Shown one piece after another: positions 26,151-40,800 of a DNA stretch of 64,000 nt. Position 1 is the stretch's first letter; each line of letters opens with the position of its first letter. The position numbers were made by a program, and so were the translations under genes. A model generated the notes under the pieces. The model searched no databases. It saw only the letters and a program-made list of their open reading frames with translations, and was not told the origin of the DNA. Source of the stretch: Camelus ferus (Eukaryota); the NCBI RefSeq assembly GCF_009834535.1, contig NC_045697.1, positions 119,538,001 through 119,602,000 of the forward strand. Direction: 5' to 3'.

Positions 26151-28609
26151 GTCTGATTGAGATGGAAAAACCCCACGCATGTTTCAGGGGGTACAGGTTT
26201 TCCTAGGTTGAGGTAGGTCCGATTATTCCCATTAATGCCCATGGGGAGGTAATCGCTCCTGATTGGATTTCCATCCCAACCCCCAGTTTGCCTTGCAACC
26301 CAGCCAGAGGAAACAGTCAGAAAATTTAGCTAAATTTTCTATTAGAACCCAGGCGCTGCTGAAAGATGTAGAAACCTCCCCATACACAGGGTAACAGAGC
26401 ACATCTTTCTGTGTGTGTTGGACTAGGGAAACACACTCCAGGCATTTTTCTGGGGATCCAGTTTTTCCTAGGTTGGGAAATGTCGGCTAGATTCCTTCAC
26501 TGCCCATTGGGATGCATTGACTTCTTCTTCGTTTTCAAGCCCAACTCCATAATTCCCTTGCATCCCGGTCTTGGATTATACCCAGGGATGACAGTCTAAG
26601 TGATTTAATCAGAGCTACGATGCTGCTGTCTTTTTTAGGATCTTCCAGACCCTTAGGAACCTGTATCACTGCTATGCTTGGGGGTAGCTTTGGAGACCCA
26701 CAACACAGAGATGGCTGGGGGCACAGGTTTTTCCCTGTTAGGGTGATGTCCACTAATTACCTCCACAGTCCATCTAGGGTCACTCGCTGCTACATGGGTT
26801 TCCAGCGGAAGTGCAACATTCCCTCTTAGGCCGGCCTGGGCAAACAATCAGGGATAATAAGCCAGTGGATCTATTGGAACCCAGGTGCTGCAGAACATTG
26901 TAGGATACTACCCACACCCAGGAAAATAGAACACGCCTTTGTGTGTCTCATGCAGTTTGGTAAACATACTCCACGCGTGTTTCAGGGGTTAAGTTGTTCC
27001 TAGTTAGTGGGAGTTCGGGTAATTCCCTCCAATGCCCATGGTGAGGCACTCGCTCCTGTTGGCTTTCCAGCCCAACCCCCAGCTTTCCCTCTCAGCCCGG
27101 CCTGGGAAAACACTCAGGGATAAAATGCTATTGGTTGTTTTGGAACCCAGTCGCTACCTAAAGTTTTAGGCACCTTCCCACATCTGGGATAACAGAAGAA
27201 AACTTTGTGTGTCTGATGGAAATGGGTAAACAAACTCCACGCATGTTTCAGGGGGCACAGGTGTTCCAAGGCTGTGCGACGTCGGAAAATTTCCTCAAAT
27301 TCTCATGGGGAGTATCTCACTGCTTTTATGAATTTCATCCAAACCCACAACTTTACCTCGCAGCTAGGCGTGTAAAAACACTCACGGAAAAGGAAATACT
27401 GGTGCTATTAGAACCCAGGCGCTGCTGATATTTGTAGAATCCTCCCCAAACTCAGGATAGCAGAACACATCTTTGTGTGTGTGATGGTGTAAAAAATAAA
27501 CTAAAGGCATATTTCTGGGGGTACAGCTGTTCCCAGGTTTGGAGATGGCGCCTAATTATCTCCACTGCCATTGGGGAGACAATTTATACTTCTTCGCTTT
27601 GCAGAACATCTTCCAAATTTACCTTACAGCCCGGCCTAAAAAACACCTAGGCATTACAATATTAGTGATTCTATGAGAAAACAGGCGCTGCTGTCTGTTT
27701 GAGGTACAACACATACTCAAAATTCCGGAGCAAGGATTTGCTAGGTGGAGGTGTGGAGACCAACACCACAAGATGCCTGGGGGCACAGTATCTCTCTCTC
27801 TGGGAGAAGTCCGCTAATTAACTCTACAGTCAATCTCTGGGCACTCGTTGCTACTTGGCTTTCCAGCCGAACCACAAGCTTTACCTCGAAGCCCGCCCTG
27901 GAAAACACTCAGAGATAATAAGTTAATGGTTCTATTCTAACACAAGCACTGCAGACCGTTTTAGGAACCTCCGCACATGCAGGATAACAGAAAAAATTTT
28001 TTGTGTCTCATTGAGATGGTAAAAGCTCCACGCATGTTTCAGTGTGTACTTGTGTTCCTAGGTTGTGGGATGTCAGATACATCCCACTACAGCCCATGGG
28101 GAAGTAGTCAGTCCTGCTTGGCTTTCCTGCCAATCCACCAGATTCCTATGCAACCCAGCCTGAGAAAACAGTCAGGAAATGTAGCTAAACTTTCTATCAG
28201 AACCCCAGTGCTGCAGTCTGTTGTAGGAACTTCCACACACACAGGATTCCCAAACACGGCTTTGCTTGGGGGAATTGTGAAGCCCCACACCACACACATG
28301 GCTGAGGGCACAAGTTTTTCCCTGTTAGGTAGAAGTCTGCTAATTACCTTTACAGACCATCGTGGGGCACTCGCTGCTACTTGGATTTCCAGCCCAACCC
28401 CCAGGTTTCCCTTGCAGCCCGGCCTGGTGAAACACACATGGAAAAGAATCTACTGGTGAGATTAGAACTCATGCGCTGCTGATAATTGTGGAAAACTTCG
28501 AACACTCATGATAACAGAGCACATCTTTCAGTGTGTGAGGTAGTAGTAAAACACACTCCAGGCATTTTTCTGGGGATCCAGTTTTTCCCAGGTTGGGAGA
28601 TGTCTTCTA

Positions 28610-31600
28610 GTTTCCTTCACTGCTCATGGGGAGTCACTGCATTCTTCTTCGTTTTCAAGCCCAACTCTCAGATTTCCCTTGTAGCCCATACTTGTGAAAC
28701 ACCCAGGGATGAAAAATAAGTGATTCTATTCGTACTCCGACGTTGCTGTCTGTTGGAGGATCCTCCAAAACCTCAGGATTCTGGAACAAGACTTTGCATT
28801 TTGGGAGTTGTGGAGCCCCAATCCACGCAGAAGGATGGGGTAACATATTTGTCACTTTTAGGGGGAAGTACGCTAATTACCTACACAGTGCGTCTTGGGG
28901 CACTCACTGATTCTTGGTTTTCAGCCAATCCCCCAGAATTCACTCACAGCCCGGCTTTTGAAAAAACTCAGGGCAAGTAAGCTAAGCTACTATAGGACCC
29001 CAGGTGCTGCAGACAGTTGTAGGAACCTCCCCAAAATCAGGATAACAGTTCAATTCGTTGTGTGTCTGATAGAGATGGGTAAACTTACTCCACGCATGTT
29101 TCAGGTGGTTCAGGCGTACTTAGGTTGTGGAATATCGTATAATTCCCTCCACAGTCCATGGAGAGGTCCTTGTAGTTGCTTGGATTTCCAGACTTACCCC
29201 CAGCGTTTCCTCGCAGCCCGGCCTGGGAAAAACTCAGGGAATAAAAGCTACAGGTTCTGTTAGAACAAAGTTGCTCCTGAAAGTTGTAGAAACCTCCCCA
29301 CACTAAGGAAAAGAGAAGACTTCTTTGTGTGTGTGATGGAGTAGGAAAACACACTAAAGGCATGTTTCTGGCGTGCAGGTGTTCCCAGGAAGGGAGATTT
29401 TGGCTAATTACTTCCACTGCCCATGGGGAGGCTATCTGATTTTCTTCGTTTTCCAGCCCTACTCCCAGCATCCCTTGCAGCACGGGTTAAGAAGACACCC
29501 AGATATGACAAACTAAGTAATTTTATCAGAACACCGGCGCTGCTGTCTGTTGCAGGAACCTCCACACACACAGGATTACCAAACACGGCTTTGATTGGGG
29601 AGTTGTGAAGCCCCACTCCACACACATGGCTGGGGGCACAAGTATTTCCCTGTTATTGAGAAGTCAGTTAATTACCTCCACAGTGCATCTTGGGGCACTC
29701 GCTTCTTCTTGGCTTTTCAGCCAATTCCCCAGATTTCACTCTCAGCCCGGTGTCAGAAAACACTCAGGAAAGGAAAGCTACAAGTTCTATTAGAACCCAG
29801 GCGATCCTGACAGTTGTAGAAACCTCAACATACTAAGGAAAACAGAATACTCCTTTGTGTGTGTGATGGAGTAGGAAAACACACTAAACGCATGTTTCTG
29901 GGGTGAAGGTGTTCCCATGTTGGGAGATGTTGGCTAATTACCTCCACTGCCCATGGGGAAGCACTCTCTTCACTTCGATTTCCAGCCCTAGTCCTAGCAT
30001 TCCCTTGCAGCCCGACCGTGGAAATCAACCAGGGATTAAAAATCTAAGACATTCTGTCAGAACCAGGGCGCTTCTTTCTGTTGGAGGTACCTCCAAACAC
30101 TCACGATTCCGGAACACGTCTTTGTTGGGGGGAGTGGTGAAGCCCCACTGCACACTCACTGCTGGGGGCACATGATATTCCCTGTTAGGGAGAAGTCTGC
30201 TAATTACATCCACAGTCCATCTAGGGGCACTAGCTGCTACTTGGCTTTCCATAACAACCCCCAGCTTTCCCTCACAGCCCGGCCTGGGTAAACACTCAGG
30301 GATAAAATGCTATTGGTTGTATTGTAACCCAGGCGCTACCTAACGTTGTAGGAAACATCCCACACTTAGGATAACAGAAGAAATCTTTCTGGGTCTGATG
30401 GAGTTGTGTAAACAATCTCCACGCATGTTTTGTTTGGCACAGGTGTTCCAAGGCTGTGGGACGTTGGAAAAATACCTCACAATTTCATGGGGAGTAACAT
30501 GCAACTTCTACGAATTTCAGCCCAACCCACAGCTTTACCTCACAACCAGGCCTGTGCAAAAAATCATGGAAATGAAAATACTGGTGCTATTATATCCCAG
30601 GCGATGTTCACATATGTAGAAACCTCCCCACACTCAGGATAGTGGAACACATCTTTGTGTGTATGATGGTTTAGGAAAATACACTCCAAATGTATCTGGG
30701 GGTACAGCTTTTCCCAGGTTTGGAGATGTCGCCTAATTACCTCCACTGCCAATGGGGAGGCACTCACTACTTCTTCGCTTTCCAGACCAACTCCCAAATA
30801 TCCCTTGCATCCCGGCCTAAGATAAAACCTAAATATGACAATATTAGTGATTCTATCAGAACACCTTCGCTGCTGTCGGTTTGAGGTACCCAACACACTC
30901 AAAATTCCGGAAAACAGCTTTCCTTGAGGGAGTGTGGAGCCCCAAACCTCACAGATGCCTGCGGGCACAGGAATTCCCTGTTTATGAGAAGTCCGCTATT
31001 TACCTCTACAGTCAATCTCTAGGCACTTGTTGCTACTTGGCTTTCCAGCCGAAACCCCAGCTTTCCCACGCAGCCCGCCCTGGAAGACACTCAGAAGAAA
31101 TAAGCAAGTGGTTCTAATTGAACACAGGCACTGCAGTCCGTTGTAGGAACCACCGCACACGCAGGATAACAGAACATATTTTTGTGTCTGATTGAGATGA
31201 TAAAACCTCCACGCATGTTTCAGGGGGTACAGGTGTTCCTAATATGTGGGAGGTCAGATACTTCCCACTACAGCCCATGGGGAGGAAATCGCTCCTGCTT
31301 GGCTTTTCAGCCCATCCCCAGTTTCCCTTGCAAACCAGCCTGAGAGAACACTCAGAAAATTTAGCTTAATTTTTAATTAGAACCCAGGCGCTGCTGACAG
31401 TTGTAGAAACCTCCCAATACACAGGGTAACAGAACACTTCTTTTTGTGTGTTATGTAGTAGGAAAACACACTCCATGCATGTATCTGGGGTGCAGGTTTA
31501 ACCAGGTTTGGAGACGTTGGCTAATTATCTCCAGAGTCCATGGAGAGGCACTCTGTTTTTCTTGGTTTTCCAGCCCTACTCAAAGCTTTCCCTTGCAGCC

Positions 31601-31860
31601 CGGGTTAGCAAAACACCCAGGGATGACAGACTAAGTGATTCTATCAGGACCCTGGCGCTGATGTGTGTTGGAGGGACCTCCAAACACACAGGATTCCCAA
31701 ACACGGCTTTGCTTGTGTGAGTTTTGATCCCCAGAACACACAAAAGGCTGGGGGGACAAGTTTTTCACTGTTAGGGAGCAGTCCGCTAATTACCTGAACA
31801 GTCCATCTCGGGGCACTCCCTGCTACTTGGATTTCCAGCCCAACCCCCAGTTTTCCCTTG
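28610..31860. repeat. Single left-type 13-mer embedded in the right domain
   Basis: Left-only diagnostic strings appear here and I saw them nowhere else right of the gap: GTTAGAACAAAGTTGCTCC (~29260), AAGTATTTCCCTGTTATTGAGAAGTCAG (~29640), CAGGAATTCCCTGTTTATG (~30970). ORF 29595..29810 is homologous to 468..683 and 3920..4135. Confidence 0.88.
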
Positions 31861-31882
31861 CAGCCCGGCCTGGGTTAACACA

Positions 31883-34800
31883 GAACGAAAAAAAGCTTTT
31901 GGTGTTATTCGAACCCATGCCCTGCTGACTATTGTGGAAAACTTCGAACACTCAAGATAACAGAACATATCTTTCTGTGTGTAATGGAGTAGGAAAATAC
32001 ACTCCAGGCATTTTTTGGGGATCCAGGTTTTCCCAGGTTGGGGGAGGTCGGCTAGATTCCTTCAGTGCCCATGGGGTGGCACTGTCTTCTTCTTCGTTTT
32101 CAAGCCCAACTCCCAGCTTTCCCTTGCAGCCCGGACAAGGGAAACACCCATGGATGACAAATAAGTGATTCTATCAGAACCCCGGCGTTGCTGTCTGTTG
32201 GAGTGTCCTCCAAAGCTTCAGGATTCTGAAACACGTATTTGAGTGTGGGAAGTTGTGGAACCCCATCCATGCAGATGGATGGGGTCACAGATTTGTCCCT
32301 GTTAGGGGGATGTCCGCTAATTACCTCCAAATTGCATCTTGGGGCACTCGCTTTTTCTTAGATTTTCAGTCTATCCCCCAGTTTTCACTCGCAGCCCGGC
32401 GTTGTAAAACACTCAGTGATAATAAGCTAGGTTTCTATTTGAACCCAGGTGCTGCATTCAATTGTAGGAACCTCCCCACACGCAGAATAACAGAACAATA
32501 CTTTGAGTGTCTGATTTAGATGGGTAAACTAAATCCACGCATGTTTCAGGTTATATAGGATTTCCTAGGTTGTGGGTGGTTTGATATTTACATCCACTGT
32601 CCATAGGGAGTCTCTTGCAGTTGCTTGGATTCCAGCCCAACCACCAGCGTACCCTCGAATCCCGGCCTGTGAAAACACTCAGGGAAATAAAGCTACAGTT
32701 TGTATAAGAACTAAGGCGCTCCTGACAGATGTAGAAACCTCCCTACACTAAGGAAAACAGAGCACAGATTTGTGTGTGTGATGGAGTAGGAAAACACTGT
32801 AAGGCATGTCACAGGGGTGCAGGTGTTCGCAGGACGGGAAATGTTGGCTAATTACCTCCACTGCCCATGGAGAAGCACTCTCTTATTCTTCGATATCCAG
32901 CAATAATCCCAGCAATCCCTTGCAGAGCGACCGTGGAAAACACCCAGGGATGACAAACTAAATCATTCTATCAGAACCAGGGCGCTGCTGTATGTTGGAG
33001 GAACCTCCAAACACTCAGGATTCCGGAACACGGATTTTCTTGGTGCGAATTTTGAATCCCCAAAGCACACTCATTTTTGGGGCCTAAGATTTTCCCTTTT
33101 AAGTCCAAGTCCGCTAAGTACTTCCATAGTCCATCTCGGGGCACTCACTGCTACTTGGATTTCCAGCCCAACTCTCATGATTCCCTTGCAGCCCGGCCTG
33201 GGGTAACACAGATCGAAAAGAAGCTATTGGTGCTATTCGAACCCATGCCCTGCTGACAATTGTGGAAACCTTCGAACACTCAGGATAACAGAACATAACT
33301 TTCTGTGTGTGATGGAGTAGGAAAACACACTCCAGGCATTTTTCTGGGGATCCAGGTTTTCCCAGGTTGGGAGATTTCGGCTAGGTTCCTTCAGTGCCCA
33401 TGGGGTGGCACTGTATTCTTTTTCATTTTCAAGCCCAACTGCCAGCTTTTCCTTGAAGCCCGGACAATGAAACACCCATGGATGAAAAATAAGTGATTCT
33501 ATCAGAACCCCGGCGTTGCCGTATGTTGGAGGAACCTCCAAACTCTCAGGATTCTGGAACATGGATTGGCTTGGTGCGAATTGTGAAGCCCCAGAGCACA
33601 CTCATTGCTGGGGCCCAAGATTTTCCCTTTTAGGGCTAACTCTGCTAATTACCTCCATAGTCCATCTCAGGGCATTCGCTGCTACTTGGATTTAAAGCCC
33701 AAACCCAAGCTTTCCCACGCAGACCGTCCTCGGACAGGACACAGGGAATATATTTTATTGGTTGTAACGGAACCCAGTCTCTACCTACCGTTGTAGGAAT
33801 CTTCCCACAACTAGGATAAAATAAGAAACATTTTTGTGTCTGATGGAGATGGGTAAACAAACTCCAAGCATTTATCAGGGTGCTTAGGGTTTCCAAGGCT
33901 GTGGGACGTCGGAAAATTACCTCAAATTCTCATGCGTACTAACTCGCTGCTGCTACGAATTACAGCCAAGCCCACAGATATACCTGGCAGCCAGGCCTGT
34001 GAAAAAACTCATGGAAAACAAAATAATGGTGCTACTAGAACCCAGCCGCTGCTGAAATTTGTAGAATACTCCGCACACTCAGGATAGCAGAACAAATTTT
34101 TGTGTGTGTGATGGTGTAGGTAAATACAATACAGGTATGTTTCTGGTGTTACAGCTGTTCCCAGGTTTGGAGATGTCGCCGAATTACCTCCACTTCCAAT
34201 GGGGAGGCACTCTATACTTCTTCGTTTTCCAGACCAACTCCCTGCTTTCCTTTGAAGCCAGGCCTAAGGAAACAACTAGAGATGACAATATTATTGATTC
34301 TATGAGAAACCCCGCTCTGCTGTCTGTTGGAGGTACAACACACACTCAAAATTCCGGAACATGGCTTTGCTTGTTGGAGGTATGGAGACAAACACCACAA
34401 GATGCCTGGGGGCACAGTTACTCTCTGTTTGGGAGAATTCCGCTATTTACCTTTACAGTCAATTTCTGGGCAATCCTGACTACTTGGCTTTCCAGCCGAA
34501 CCCCCCGTTTCCCGCGCAGCCCGACCTGGAAAACACTCAGATATTATAAGCTAGAGGTTCTATTGGAACCCAGGCACTGCAGACCATTTTAGGAAGCTCC
34601 GCACACGCAGGATATCAGAACACTTTTTTTGTGTCTGATTGAGATTCGAAAAACTCCACGCATGTTTCAGGGGGTACAGGTTTTCCTAGGTTGGGGGTGG
34701 TCAGATTATTCCCATTAATGCCCAAGGGGAGGTAATCGCTCCTGCTTGGATTTCCATCCCATCCCCCAGTTTCCCTTGCAACCCAGCCAGAGAAAGCAGT

Positions 34801-37800
34801 CAGGAAATTTAGCTAAAGTTTCTATTAAAACCCAGGCGCTGCTGACAGTTGTAGAAATTTATCCATACACAGTTAAACAGAACACTTCTTTGTGTGTGTT
34901 ATTGAGTAGGAAAACAGAGTCCATGCATGTTTCTGGGGTGCAGGTGTAACCAGGCTGTGAGACTTTGGCTAAGTATCTCCACAGCCCATGGGGAGGCACT
35001 GTGTTTACTTCGTTTTCCAGCCCTACTCCCAGGTTTCCCTTGCAGCCCAGGTTGGAAAACACCCAGGGATGACAAACTAAATGATTCTATCAGAACCCAG
35101 GCGCTGCTGTCTTTTGGAGGAAACTCCACAAACACAGGATTAACAAAAACGTCTTTGCTTTGGAGAATTGTGAAGCCCCATTCCACACACATGTCTGAGG
35201 GCACAAGTTTTTCCCTGTTAGGTAGAAGTACGCTAATTACCTCTAAAGACCATCGTGGGGCAATCGCTTCTACTTGGATTTCCATCCCAACCCCCAGGAT
35301 TCCCTTGCAGCCCAGCCTGGGGAAACACACAGGGAAAAGAATCTACTGGTGATATTAGAACACATGCGCTGCTGACAATTGTGGAAAACTACGAACACTC
35401 ATGATAACAGCGCACATCTTTCTGTGTTTGATGGAGTATTAAAACACACTCCAGGCATTTTTTGGGGATCCAGTTTTTCCCAGGTTGGGAGATGTCGGCT
35501 AGATTCCTTCACTGCCCATGGGGATGCATTGACTTCTTCTTCGTTTTCAAGCCCAACTCCCAACTTTCACTTGCATCCCGGTCTAGGATTATACCCAGGG
35601 ATGACAGTCTAAGTGATTTTATCAGAGCTACGATGCTGCTGTCTTTTTTAGGAACTCCCAGACACTTAGGATTCTGGATCACGGCTATGCTTGGGGGTAG
35701 CTTTGGAGACCCACACCACAGAGATGGCTGGGGGCACAGATTTTTCCCTGTTAGGGAGATGTCCGCTAATTACCTCCACAGTCCATCTCGGGTCACTCGC
35801 TGCTACATGGCTTTCCAGCACAAGCGCAGCATTCCCTCGCAGGCCGGCCTGGGAAAACAATCAGGGATAATAAGCCAGTGGTTCTATTGGAACCCAGGTG
35901 CTGCAGAACATTGTAGGATACTCCACACACCCAGGAAAACAGAACACTTCTTTGTGTGTCTCATGAAGTTTCGTAAAAAAACTCCACGCGTGTATCAGGG
36001 GTTAAGGTGTTGCTAGATAGTGGGAGTTCGGATAATTCCCACCAATGCCCATGGGGAGGCACTCGCTCCTGCTTGGCTTTCTAGCCCAAACCCCAGGTTT
36101 CCCTCTCAGCCCGGCCTGGGAAAACACTCAGGGATTATATGCTATTGGTTGTATTGGAACCCAGTAGCTACCTACCGTTGTAGGCTCCTTCCCACATGTG
36201 GGATAACAGAAGAAATCTTTGTGTGTCTGATGGAGATGGGTAAACAAACTCCACGCATATTTCAGGGGGCACAGGTGTTCCAAGGCTGTGGGACGTCGGA
36301 AAATTACCTCAAAATCTCATGGGGAGTATCTCACTGCTGCTACGAAATACAGCCAAACCCACAGCTTTACCTCGCAGCTAGGCGGGTGTAAACACTCACG
36401 GAATAGGAAATACTGGTGCTATTAGAACCCAGGCGCTGCTGATATTTGTAGAATCCTCCCCACACTCAGGATAGCAGAACACATCTTTGTGTGTGTGATG
36501 GTGTAGAAAAATTCACTCCAGGCATATTTCTGGTGTTACAGCTGTTCCCAGGTTTGGAGATGTCGCCTAATTACCTCCACTGCCAATGGGGAGGCAATCT
36601 ATACTTCTTCGTTTTCCAGACAAACTCCCAAATGTCCCTTGCAGCCCGGCCTAAGAAAACACCTAGATATGACAATATTAGTGATTCTATGAGAAACCCA
36701 TCACTGCTGCCTCTTGGAGGTACAACACAAACTAAAAATTCGGGAACATGGCTTTGCTTGGTGGAGGTGTGGAGACCAACACCACAAGATTCCTGGGGGC
36801 ACATTTCTCTCTCTCTGGGAGAAGTCCGCTAATTACCTCTACAGTCAATCTCTGGGCATTCGTTGCTACTTGGCTTTCAAGCCAAACCCCAAGCTTTCCC
36901 TCGCAGCCCGCACAGGAAAACACTCAGAGATAATAAGTTAATGGTTCTATTGGAACGCAAGCACTGCAGACCGTTGTAGGAACCTCCACACACGTAGGAT
37001 AACAGAAAAATTTTTTTGTGTCTCATTGAGATTGTAAACGCTCCACGCATGATTCAGGGTGTACTGGTGTTCCTAGGTTGTGGGAGGTCATATACATCCA
37101 ACTACAGCCCATGGGGAAGTACTCGTACCTGCTTGGCTTTCCAGCCCATCCCCCAGTTTCCTTGGCAACCCAGCCTGAGGAAACTATCAGGAAATGTAGC
37201 TAAAGTTTCTATCAGAACCCAGGTGCTGCAGTCTGCTGTAGGAACTTCAACACACACAGGATTCCCAAACACGGCTTTGCTTGGAATAGTTTTGAAGCCC
37301 CAATCCACAAACATGGATGGAGGCACAAGTTTTTCCCTGTTAGGGAGAAGTCCGCTAATTAGCTCTAAAGTCTTTCTCTGGCCCCTGCTGCTATTTGGAA
37401 TTCCAGCCCAACCCCCATGTTTCCCTTGCAGCCCGGCCTGTGTTAACACAGAGGGAAAAGAAGCTATTGGTTCTATTTGAACCCATGCCCTGCTGACAAT
37501 TGTGGAAACCTTCGAACACTCAGGATAACAGAAGATACCTTTCTGTGTGTGACGGAGTAGGAAAACACAATCCAGGAATGTTTCTGGGGGTACAGCTTTT
37601 CCCAGGTTGGGAGATTTCGCCTAATTTCCTCCGCTTCCAATGGGGAGGCACTCTATACTTCTTCGCTTTCCAGACCAACTCCCAGCTTTCCTTTGAAGCC
37701 CGGCCTAAGGAAACACCTAGGTATGACAATATTAGCGATTCTATCAGAACCCCCTCTCTGCTGACTGTTGGAAGTACAACACACACTCAAAATTCCGGAA

Positions 37801-40800
37801 TATGGCTTTGCTTTGTAGAGGTATGGATACCAACAACACAATATGCCTGGGGGCACAGTTTCTCGCTGTCTGGGAGAAGTCCGCTAATTACCTCTACAGT
37901 CAATATCTGGGCAATCCTGGCTAATTGGGTTTCCAACCGAATCTCCAGTTTCCCTCTCAGCTCACCCTGGGACACACTCAGATTTTATAACCTAGTGGTT
38001 CTTTTGGAACAAAGGCACTGCAGACCGTTGTAGGAAGCTCCGCACACGCAGGATAACAGAACAATTTTTTTGTGTCTCATTGAGATGGTAAAAATTCCAC
38101 CCATGTTTCAGGGGGTACAGGTATTCCTAGGTTGGAGGAGGCCATATTATTCCCATTAATGACCATGGGGAAGTAATTGCTCCTGCTTGGATATCCATCA
38201 TATCCCCCAGTTTCCCTTGCAACACAGTCAGAGAAAACAGTCAGGAAATATAGCTAAAGTTTCTATTAGAACCCAGGCGCTGCTGACAGTTGTAGAAACC
38301 TCCCCATACACAGAGTAACAGAACACATTTTTGTGTGTGAGTTGGAGTAGGAATACACAGTACATGCATGTATCTGGGGTGCAGGTTTAACCAGTTTGGG
38401 AGACGTTGGCTAAGTATCTCCACAGCCCATGGGGAGGCACTCAGTTTTCTTCGATTTCCAGCCCTACTCCCAGCTTTCCATGCAGCCCGGGTTAGGAAAT
38501 CACCAAGGGATTACAAACTAAATCATTCTATCAGAACCAGCGCGCTGCTGTATGTGTTGAGGAACCTCCAAACACTCAGAATTCCGGAAAACGGAATTGC
38601 TTTGTGCGAATTGTGAAGCCCCACAACACACGCATTCCTGGGGTCCCAAGATTTTCCCTTTTAGGGCCAAGTCCGCTAATTACCTCCATAGTCCATCTCG
38701 GGACACTAGCTGCTACTTGGATACCCAGCCCAACCCCCATGTTTCCCTTGCAGCACGGCCTGGGTTAACATAGAACGAAAAAAAGCTTTTGGTGTTATTC
38801 GAACCCATGCCCTGCTGACAATTGTGGAAAACTTCGAACACTCAAGATAACAGAACATATCTTTCTGTGTGTGATGGAGTAGGAAAACACACTCCAGGCA
38901 TTTTTTGGTGATCCAGGTTTTCCCAGGTTGGGGGAGGTCGGCTAGATTCCTTCAGTGCCCATGGGGTGGCACTTTCTACTTCTTCGTTTTCAAGCCCAAC
39001 TCCCAGCTTTCCCTTGCAGCCCGGACAAATGAAACACCCATGGAAGACAAATAAATGATTCTATAAGAACCCCGGAGTTGCTGTCTGTTGGAGGATCCTC
39101 CAAAGCTTCAGGATTCTGGAACACGTCTTTAAGTGTGGGGAGTTGTGGAACCCCAATCCACGCAGATGGATGGGGTCACAGATTTGTCCCTGTTAGGGAG
39201 AAGTCCGCTAATTACCTCCAAAGTGCATCTTGGGGCACTCGCTTTTTCTTAGATTTTCAGTCTATACCACAGTTTTCACTCGCAGCCCGGCGTGGTAAAA
39301 CACTCAGTGATAATAAGCTAGGTTTCTATTTTAACCCAGGTGCTGCAGACAATTGTAGGAACCTCCCCACACTCAGAATAACAGAACAATACTTTGAGTG
39401 TCTGATTTAGATGGGTAAACTAAATCCACGCATGTTTCATTTTGTATAGGAGTTCCTAGGTTGTGGGAAGAAGGATATTTACATCCACTGTCCATGGGGA
39501 GTCCCATGCAGTTGCTTGGATTCCAGCCAAACCCCCAGCGTACCTTCGCATCCCGGCCTGTGAAAACACTCAGGGAAATAAAGCTACAGTTTGTATAAGA
39601 ACTAAGGCGCTCCTGACATTTGTAGAAACTTCCCTACACTAAGGAAAACAGAACACAGCTTTGTGTGTGTGATGGAGTAGGAAAACACTGTAAGGCATGT
39701 CACTGGGGTGCAGGTGTTCGCAGGATGGGAAATGTTGGCTAATTACCTCCACTGCCCATGGGGAAGCACTCTCTTCTTCTTCGATATCGTGAGCCCTAAT
39801 CCTAGCATTCCCTTGACGAGCGACCGTGGAAAACACCCAGGGATGACAAACTAAATCATTCTATCAGAACCAGGGCGCTGCTGTATGTTGGAGGAACCTC
39901 CAAACACTCAGGATTCCGGAACACAGATTATCTTGGTGCGAATTTTTAAGACCCAAAGCACACTCAATGTTGGGGCCTAAGATTTTCCCTTTTAAGTCCA
40001 AGTCCGCTAAGTACTTCCATAGTCCATCTCGGGGCACTCGCTGCTACTTGGATTTCCAGCCCAACCCACATGATTCCCTTGCAGCCCGGCCTGGGGTAAC
40101 ACAGATCGAAAAGAAGCTATTGGTGCTATTTGAACCCATGCCCTGCTGACAATTGTGGAAACCTTCGAACACTCAGGATAACAGAACATAACTTTCTGTG
40201 TGTAATGGAGTAGGAAAACACACTCCAGGCATTTTTCTGGGGATCCAGGTTTTCCCAGGTTGGGAGATGTCGGCTAGGTTCCTTCCGTGCCCATGAGGTG
40301 GCACTTTATTCTTTTTCAAATTCAAGACCAACTCCCAGCTTTCCCTTGAAGCCCGGACAATGAAACACCCATGGATGAAAAATAAGTTATTTTATCAGAA
40401 CCCCGGTGTTGCTGTATGTTGGAGGAACCTCCAAACTCTCAGGATTCTGGAACACGGATTGGCTTGTTGCGAATTGTGAAGCCCCAGAGCACACTCATTG
40501 CTGGGGCCCAAGATTTTCCCTTTTAGGGCTAACTCTGCTAATTACCTCCATAGTCCATCTCAGGGCATTCGCTGCTACTTGGATTTAAAGCCCAAACCCA
40601 AGCTTTCCCACGCAGTCCGGCCTCAGAAAGCACACAGGGAAAATATTTTATTGGTTGTAACGCAACCCAGTCTTTACCTACAGTTGTAGGAATCTTACCA
40701 CAACTAGGATAAAATAAGAAACATTTGTGTGTCTGATGGAGATGGGTAAACAAACTCCAAGCATTTATCAGGGTGCTTAGGGTTTCCAAGGCTGTGGGAC

